In this document: piece by piece, positions 56,621-61,592 of the stretch | Layout of the letters: every line of letters starts with the position of its first letter | Position numbering within the stretch: the first letter of the stretch is position 1 | Source: a virus | Taxonomy: Duplodnaviria > Caudoviricetes | Reading direction: 5' to 3' (one strand) | Virus record (IMG/VR): IMGVR_UViG_3300044629_000651 | Location: 1 to 61,592 of that record | DNA: 61,592 nt | Notes under the pieces: generated by a model | Told to the model about the DNA's origin: nothing | Database searches by the model: none | The model's input: only the letters and a program-made list of their open reading frames with translations | Position numbers and translations under genes: made by a program

Positions 56621-57053
56621 ACTTACCCCCTGCGTACAGAAGATCGTTGCCCCGCGCCACCTTGCCCATCTCAGCGAAGGCGATATGTAACCACCCATGC
56701 GGTGGCCGTTCTATGATCAACTGGTCGTAGCCTATCTCCGTCTTGCGCTCACGCAACGCATCGAACGTCTCGCGCAACGATCCGAAGCTCGGGCAGGTGA
56801 AGTCCGCCGCTAACCCGAGGACGTGCTTGCTGGTGGGACTGCCGCCGACATGGGTGTTGAGGAAGGCGCAGCGGTAGCCGGAACTAATGAGCACCGAACG
56901 ACCGAGGATAGAGCGCACAATCTCCAACTTGTTTGCGAGCACCTTGAGGTTCTCAAGCACTGTGGAATCGGGGGTGTTGTCGATGCCTTTCCTGATGGCA
57001 ACATCGCTGCGTACCAGTTCATGAAGCGTGAAGTGTGGGGAGAGCAGGATCAC
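56604..57053 (-). CDS. Endolysin, peptidase M15 family
   Basis: LSPHFTL.EL, SSGYRC..LN..VGG...S.H..G.AAD, W.H. Confidence 0.9.
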   Translation of the reverse strand: MILLSPHFTLHELVRSDVAIRKGIDNTPDSTVLENLKVLANKLEIVRSILGRSVLISSGYRCAFLNTHVGGSPTSKHVLGLAADFTCPSFGSLRETFDALRERKTEIGYDQLIIERPPHGWLHIAFAEMGKVARGNDLLYAGGKYERVT

Positions 57054-57397
57054 TTCTGCGGCCCGTTCAAGAAGGCAACCCAGACCGTGTAAGCCAACCA
57101 GCCCAACACCCCGAACAGTCCGTACTTGGTCACTTCAAACAGCATCTTCTTCCAGAACTCAGACCGAGCCTCAAGAGCCTTGATGGTTTCCTCATGGTAT
57201 TTGCGATGCCCTTCTGGATCGCCATCTGGGAATGCACACTCGGTCATTGTGGTGAGCAGCGCCGCCCATTCCTCCGGTTCAGTCTCGATGTGAGCGGTCA
57301 GCGTAGCACCCATAGACTTCTGATCTGCTTTGACATCCTGAACATCTTTAAGGATAGTCTCAAGCAGTGGGAGGATTACATCAGGCAGTGTAGACAT
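57050..57397 (-). CDS. Membrane protein (holin/antiholin-like)
   Basis: AFP.GD..GHR.YHE plus C-terminal TM, upstream of endolysin. Confidence 0.6.
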   Translation of the reverse strand: MSTLPDVILPLLETILKDVQDVKADQKSMGATLTAHIETEPEEWAALLTTMTECAFPDGDPEGHRKYHEETIKALEARSEFWKKMLFEVTKYGLFGVLGWLAYTVWVAFLNGPQK

Positions 57398-57439
57398 TTA
57401 CTTCTTCCTTCCTGCCCTCTGCGGGGCCGGTGCGTTGTG

Positions 57440-58108
57440 TTACGAAAAGGTCACGTCCCCTGTAAAAGTGGGGGCAGCGGCAAACACCAACGCTCCGCTA
57501 CCAGTCTCGTCCGAGATGACCCCCGCGAGTTCCGCCGAAGTTGTGGCGGCAAGTGCCGAGAGTTTGTTGCTGGTCAGCACCAGCGTGCCGCTTGCGTCGG
57601 GGGCTGTCAGGGTGCGCGTCGTGCCAGTAGTTATCCCGCTCGCTTGGAACGCAATCGCCTTGGAAGGGTCTGCCTGATCGTAGATGGTGAAGGTCGAGTC
57701 AGCGACGGAGCGCGCTGCCGAGTAGACGTTAGTTGCGTCGCAGAACACATATCCCGCCCCGTCACGCGGAACAAGCACACCCGTGCCGCCAGAGGTCTTG
57801 ATCGTGACGGTGTAATCCCCCGTCGTGGCGTTCCAGATCAGGTACATCTTGGTCTTGTCAGGCACGACGATGGTCGAGTTGCCCACCAGCACCCCCGTGA
57901 TTTTCAGCACCGCGTGCCGCGACTCGTCGTCCGCACCGCTGGCAGTCGACAGGGTATAAGTGCCCCCCGTCGTGGAGATCGTCGCCATGCCGGAAATCGC
58001 CGCCTCGATGAGTTCGAGGTTGGTGTTGGTAATCGTGCCCCACGTCGAACTGTTCGCCCCGTTTTCTTGCAGGCGAATGCGTAGTTGGTCAGAATATGTA
58101 TCGGCCAT
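57440..58108 (-). CDS. Proximal tail fibre / fibre-anchor protein
   Basis: TYS..L......G.NS.TWG..TNTNL; ends SDETGSGALVFA..PT. Confidence 0.7.
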   Translation of the reverse strand: MADTYSDQLRIRLQENGANSSTWGTITNTNLELIEAAISGMATISTTGGTYTLSTASGADDESRHAVLKITGVLVGNSTIVVPDKTKMYLIWNATTGDYTVTIKTSGGTGVLVPRDGAGYVFCDATNVYSAARSVADSTFTIYDQADPSKAIAFQASGITTGTTRTLTAPDASGTLVLTSNKLSALAATTSAELAGVISDETGSGALVFAAAPTFTGDVTFS

Positions 58109-58764
58109 TATGCTACCCCTTCTCGTTCAGACGTTACCGTGATCGGAGTATAGTCCGTCCGGTCTTCCGGCTTCAAGACGCGTTTCGCACTGGCCAGCCG
58201 GTCGTTGTAATCCTGCTTCCACATTCCGATGCGATTGTCTGCTTTCAGGTACTCCTCGGAAATCACGAGGCACGCATACAACAGCAAGTCCCCCATGTAG
58301 GTCGAGAGCCATGTCGTCGTCACAATCGAAGTCAGCCCTGCCGGATTCACCACGCACCGCGCCGTCACCACGTTGGTTCCGCTGGGCGTCCCGGCGACGT
58401 AATACTGGGTGGCTGAATACTCGGCGAAATACTTGGGGCTGGCGGTTGTCGTTGCTTCCTTGGGCCAGTAGTCCTTGACGAACTCCCAGCTGCGCGGCTC
58501 CAGCAACTGGAAATTCCCTGTCGCGTCGGTGTAGTGCAGCGTCCGCGTTGCGATGGCTCCTGTAGGTTTGGTCAGCAGCGCCGTGCTCGCCGTGAAGGCA
58601 AGGGGGGTCACCGTGTCGAACAGTTCAAGATCGAGGTCACGGAGGATTTTATCCTCGGCAAGCTGTATCGCCGTGGGGAGGAATGCGACGTACTCCGAGC
58701 CGGCGTCCTCGACGGTGGTCTGAAGCGCTGTCAACAGGGTTGCATACGTGAAGGAAGTGCTCAT
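58108..58764 (-). CDS. Head-tail adaptor-like protein
   Basis: TY..L...Q, I.LAE.KI.R, PKY.A, TTWL.....DLLLYACL. Confidence 0.7.
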   Translation of the reverse strand: MSTSFTYATLLTALQTTVEDAGSEYVAFLPTAIQLAEDKILRDLDLELFDTVTPLAFTASTALLTKPTGAIATRTLHYTDATGNFQLLEPRSWEFVKDYWPKEATTTASPKYFAEYSATQYYVAGTPSGTNVVTARCVVNPAGLTSIVTTTWLSTYMGDLLLYACLVISEEYLKADNRIGMWKQDYNDRLASAKRVLKPEDRTDYTPITVTSEREGVA

Positions 58765-59048
58765 GGTTGCGTCCCGAAATAGTTACCCGCACCGAACAGG
58801 ATTTCCCCCAGCGGGCGGTCGTCGTCGAGGGTGCGGGAGGCTACCACGTCAAGGTCGGGCGCGGGCCGGCGCAAGGCAATCGCATCATCCGTTCGCACCG
58901 GAGTCTCCGCCGGATGCTTGATATCGAAGCATGGCGCGCAGACCAGCAGGTTGTTCTGTCCATCGGGGCGCAGTTGGTTCAGACGAACCTTGTCCCCGCA
59001 TCGACGGCAAAAACCGACGCTATGTTTGCCTGTCGCGTAGCCGGCCAT
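58761..59048 (-). CDS. Conserved Zn-binding virion-module protein
   Basis: YA.GK....C.RCG...L.VC..C.D..HP. Confidence 0.7.
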   Translation of the reverse strand: MAGYATGKHSVGFCRRCGDKVRLNQLRPDGQNNLLVCAPCFDIKHPAETPVRTDDAIALRRPAPDLDVVASRTLDDDRPLGEILFGAGNYFGTQP

Positions 59049-59051
59049 TAT

Positions 59052-59423
59052 TTATCTACGGGGCAGTTGCCGGCGTATTGCTTCTGCGGCAGTGCCTATC
59101 GCCCCCGTCCCCCGAAACGGCTCCCGCTGCGCCCGCCCTTCAAGCATCTCAGCTTCCTGCTCGCGCAAGTTCTGGAGGTGGTTGAACGCTTCCAACTCCC
59201 CCTCTTGCGCAGCAATCCGCTTTCCAGCCGGCACAACTCCGGCAGCGCGCGTAAGCCTTTCTCCCGGCTTCGCGTTCCGCTGCAGAAGCTCGATCAAATT
59301 GCGCAACTCACCAGCATCCCAAGCGTCCTGCGGAATACCCATAGGAGCGGGTCCGCGACGGTTGTTCGGCAACATCATGGGGCGCGGCCCCAAAAAACGC
59401 TCCAGTTCTTCATCGCCCATCAT
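59052..59423 (-). CDS. Hypothetical protein
   Basis: 123 aa, AGGAG RBS, coupled on both sides. Confidence 0.55.
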   Translation of the reverse strand: MMGDEELERFLGPRPMMLPNNRRGPAPMGIPQDAWDAGELRNLIELLQRNAKPGERLTRAAGVVPAGKRIAAQEGELEAFNHLQNLREQEAEMLEGRAQREPFRGTGAIGTAAEAIRRQLPRR

Positions 59424-60100
59424 CGTCTCCTGATATTTGTCGTGTATTTCACGCGGGTGTTGGTCGGGGTGCGCTCACGGTCTTCCGTGGTCGCTTCCTT
59501 GAAACGGGCGTTGGCGACGCCTGTGAGCGGTCCAATCCGGTCGGGGGCATACTTCACTGCCAGCTTGGCTGCAAGCCCGCTGGCGACCGCCTCGTTCCAC
59601 CGGGGAGGGATATCAAGGGTGTTCGATGCTGCGCCCACGTCCTGCAGCGCGCGCATCCGGTAATAGTAGAGCGTGTCGGTGCTGTTCTCCGGGGTGTTCC
59701 AGAGGTAGATCATGGGGGCAGTCGCCACGCGGTCGAAGAAGAACCGGTTGGGAAGCCCCTCGGCGGTCTTGTCAGGGATGGCCAGATACTCGTCCCGCGC
59801 CATCGGGAACACAGGGATATCGACGCCGTCACGACGAATCACCATCTCAAGGATCGCAATCGTCCCGGTCGGCACCGTGTAGCTGGCGTCCGACGCCGTC
59901 AGAATCTGGCTCTGCTGATCAACGGCCCAGAGGTGCGGTCCCTTATTGCTCCACTCCGAGAACATGAAGTCGAGACTGCGCCGCGCAGACCGGACGTGCC
60001 GAGCCGTGAGCGCCGCCGGGTCAATCCCGCAACGCTCGAATGCTTCCTCGCAGAACTCTGCGGCCTCGGGGCTGAATGCGTAGGTGCCTGATGTAGCCAT
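59420..60100 (-). CDS. Tail tubular A / adaptor-like protein
   Basis: MATSGT..F, EEAFERCG, ARRSL, EW.N.G..LW, EY..IP.K...G.P. Confidence 0.75.
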   Translation of the reverse strand: MATSGTYAFSPEAAEFCEEAFERCGIDPAALTARHVRSARRSLDFMFSEWSNKGPHLWAVDQQSQILTASDASYTVPTGTIAILEMVIRRDGVDIPVFPMARDEYLAIPDKTAEGLPNRFFFDRVATAPMIYLWNTPENSTDTLYYYRMRALQDVGAASNTLDIPPRWNEAVASGLAAKLAVKYAPDRIGPLTGVANARFKEATTEDRERTPTNTRVKYTTNIRRR

Positions 60101-60495
60101 TATCCAAAACTCCTATCAGCGCCCTGCGCCCATTCCCAAGCGTTGAGGTCGTGGCTCCACAGTTTATGCCACTCGTAAGGCACCATGTCGTACTCCATCG
60201 GGTACGGATACCTGTTGTCCAGCACGTAGGTTTGCCCTTCGAAGTCTGCTAGCAAGACGGCATGGTATCGATCCCGCTTGACTCCTGCTGAAGGTTCAAC
60301 GAAACAAGTAGCAGGGCGCAAAGACTTCTCAGGCCAGCCGTACTGAACGAGACGCTGCAACTTCGCCATTGCGTAGCTGTCGCAGTCATCTCCCGCTTCC
60401 GTGATCGGTGTCCAATCGTCACCTACTTCCGACTTGTAGGGAAGCAGATTGACCTTGGTATTCACTACCTTCAGATCATTCAGCGAGTAGGTCAT
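60100..60495 (-). CDS. Transglutaminase-like cysteine peptidase (BTLCP/C93, LapG-like) catalytic domain
   Basis: VN..VN...Y.S....DDW, DCDSYA.AK...L, HAVL, YVLDN (Cys-His-Asp triad). Confidence 0.8.
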   Translation of the reverse strand: MTYSLNDLKVVNTKVNLLPYKSEVGDDWTPITEAGDDCDSYAMAKLQRLVQYGWPEKSLRPATCFVEPSAGVKRDRYHAVLLADFEGQTYVLDNRYPYPMEYDMVPYEWHKLWSHDLNAWEWAQGADRSFG

Positions 60496-60644
60496 TTAGG
60501 ACACCCTGCCAGTGACGGGTCTTTCATGCAGGCAACCGTATGCCCTATCGGAGTTGGAGCAACCTCCCCGCTGCCCTTGAGGACAGAGGGAGTATTGCAG
60601 CCGATCAGCGTACTACTCAGCAGCAGGAGCAGGTACTTGCGCAT
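60492..60644 (-). CDS. 50-aa lipoprotein (not in the ORF track)
   Basis: MRKYLLLLSSTLIG|CNTPSVLKGSGEVAPTPIGHTVACMKDPSLAGCPK; ATGA-coupled to the BTLCP gene. Confidence 0.7.
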   Translation of the reverse strand: MRKYLLLLLSSTLIGCNTPSVLKGSGEVAPTPIGHTVACMKDPSLAGCPK

Positions 60645-60771
60645 CGGCTTGTTCCTTGATCTTCATTGCCAGCGGGTAGAGGCCCATCTTCGTCGGAGTT
60701 TCACCAAGCAGTTGCAGCAGGGTGTTCACTTCGATGACGGAGAGGTTGAGAGTGATGGGGAGGTTGTCCAT
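60613..60771 (-). CDS. 52-aa putative tail fibre chaperone (not in the ORF track)
   Basis: MDNLPITLNLSVIEVNTLLQLLGETP...KIKEQA. Confidence 0.65.
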   Translation of the reverse strand: MDNLPITLNLSVIEVNTLLQLLGETPTKMGLYPLAMKIKEQADAQVPAPAAE

Positions 60772-60974
60772 TACAGCCCCCACACCGCATTGGCGATAGC
60801 CACTACCTTCGGGGCTTGGCCGGTGAGGTCATCGCCTTGCGCGAGAACATGACGGTGGTAAGAACGGGAAAGTTCAACATCATCTTCCTTGATGATCGTC
60901 GCGGTGCGGACTTGGATGTTGTTGCCGACTACTTCGATCAAATCGACTTCTTGCGACTTCGTGAGCGTGGTCAT
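60771..60974 (-). CDS. Tail-fibre-associated small protein
   Basis: D.IEV....IQVR.AT.I..D..E.SR..HRHV motif; follows a DYEEGTW-type fibre. Confidence 0.75.
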   Translation of the reverse strand: MTTLTKSQEVDLIEVVGNNIQVRTATIIKEDDVELSRSYHRHVLAQGDDLTGQAPKVVAIANAVWGL

Positions 60975-60992
60975 GATTTGGTTTCCTTATAA

Positions 60993-61428
60993 TTAGACGC
61001 GGTAAGTGCAGGTAAAACCGAATGCTGTAGTGCTCGCAATATCGGTGACGGTTATGTATGCCCCTCCACCACCATTGCTCTTATCCACAATCAGGCGCAT
61101 ATAGGTGGTGTTCCCAACAGCAAGACAAGATATTTGCGTTTGTGCGGATGGATATGTAATCCCTGTTTGCCCAGCTACAGGCCCAACCGTGACAGATAGG
61201 GTTGCGTTATTAACCGTGAATGGCAGCCCACCAACGACCACGTTTCCTGCCATTGCGCCATCTTTTGCGGTAATGGTTACAGTGCCAGACACTGTGACTA
61301 CATTGCCTACTTTGGTGTATATCCCCGCCCTAGTGCCATAAGTCTGTGTTCCTGCCGTGGTTTCGCCTATCAGCGTAGGAGTCCAAGTCCCTTCCTCATA
61401 GTCGCTCAGCACCTCACTCGTCACCGTG
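60993..61428 (-). CDS. Tail fibre protein, C-terminal part (continuation of 989-1)
   Basis: GIDFSA..SE.L.DYEEGTWTP..G.YTK.GN.V..GLPF; in frame with the N-terminal part across the overlap. Confidence 0.8.
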
Positions 61429-61592
61429 CCGCTACCATTGGCAGTAGCAGAGAAGTCGATGCCTTGGCCGGATGCCATGACAATGTTGTCGCCAACATAC
61501 AGCTTCTTCGCCACCGCCAAACCGCCCGCCGTCTTGAGCGATGCTGCGGTGGTGCTGGTGGCGTCGGTTGCGTCGGTGACTGAGGTGATGCC
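61429..61592. repeat. Terminal direct repeat / circular overlap, copy 2
   Basis: Matches 1-164 with one mismatch. Confidence 0.95.

Overview
This is an essentially complete, circularly permuted dsDNA tailed-phage genome. The unit length is about 61.4 kb: the first 164 nt reappear at 61429-61592 with one mismatch. It looks podovirus-like, and an Rz/Rz1 spanin pair and IHF boxes point to a Gram-negative, probably proteobacterial host. The minus strand carries packaging and morphogenesis genes: TerS, a GIY-YIG homing endonuclease, TerL, portal, GroES-like co-chaperonin, scaffold, major capsid, tail fibre, adaptors, lysis cassette, nozzle and ejection proteins including a 2636-aa polyvalent protein. 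The plus strand carries early and replication genes: many small genes, an M20/M28 peptidase, DUF932, dUTPase, family A DNA polymerase, PD-(D/E)XK nuclease, VRR-NUC, SNF2-like helicase, an SSB-like protein and a primase-helicase. I saw no integrase, RNA polymerase, tRNA or CRISPR array. Four features stand out. (1) A 288-aa intein in the DNA polymerase whose homing endonuclease is not in frame but is a complete HNH gene overprinted in the +1 frame, with its own SD and start inside intein block B. (2) A ~600-nt non-coding segment (14169-14766) with extensive nested base-pairing that looks like a large structured ncRNA. (3) An origin-like region with five perfect IHF boxes around an AT palindrome. 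(4) A BTLCP/LapG-type protease apparently split into two coupled genes. All product calls come from motif recognition by eye, not from database searches.
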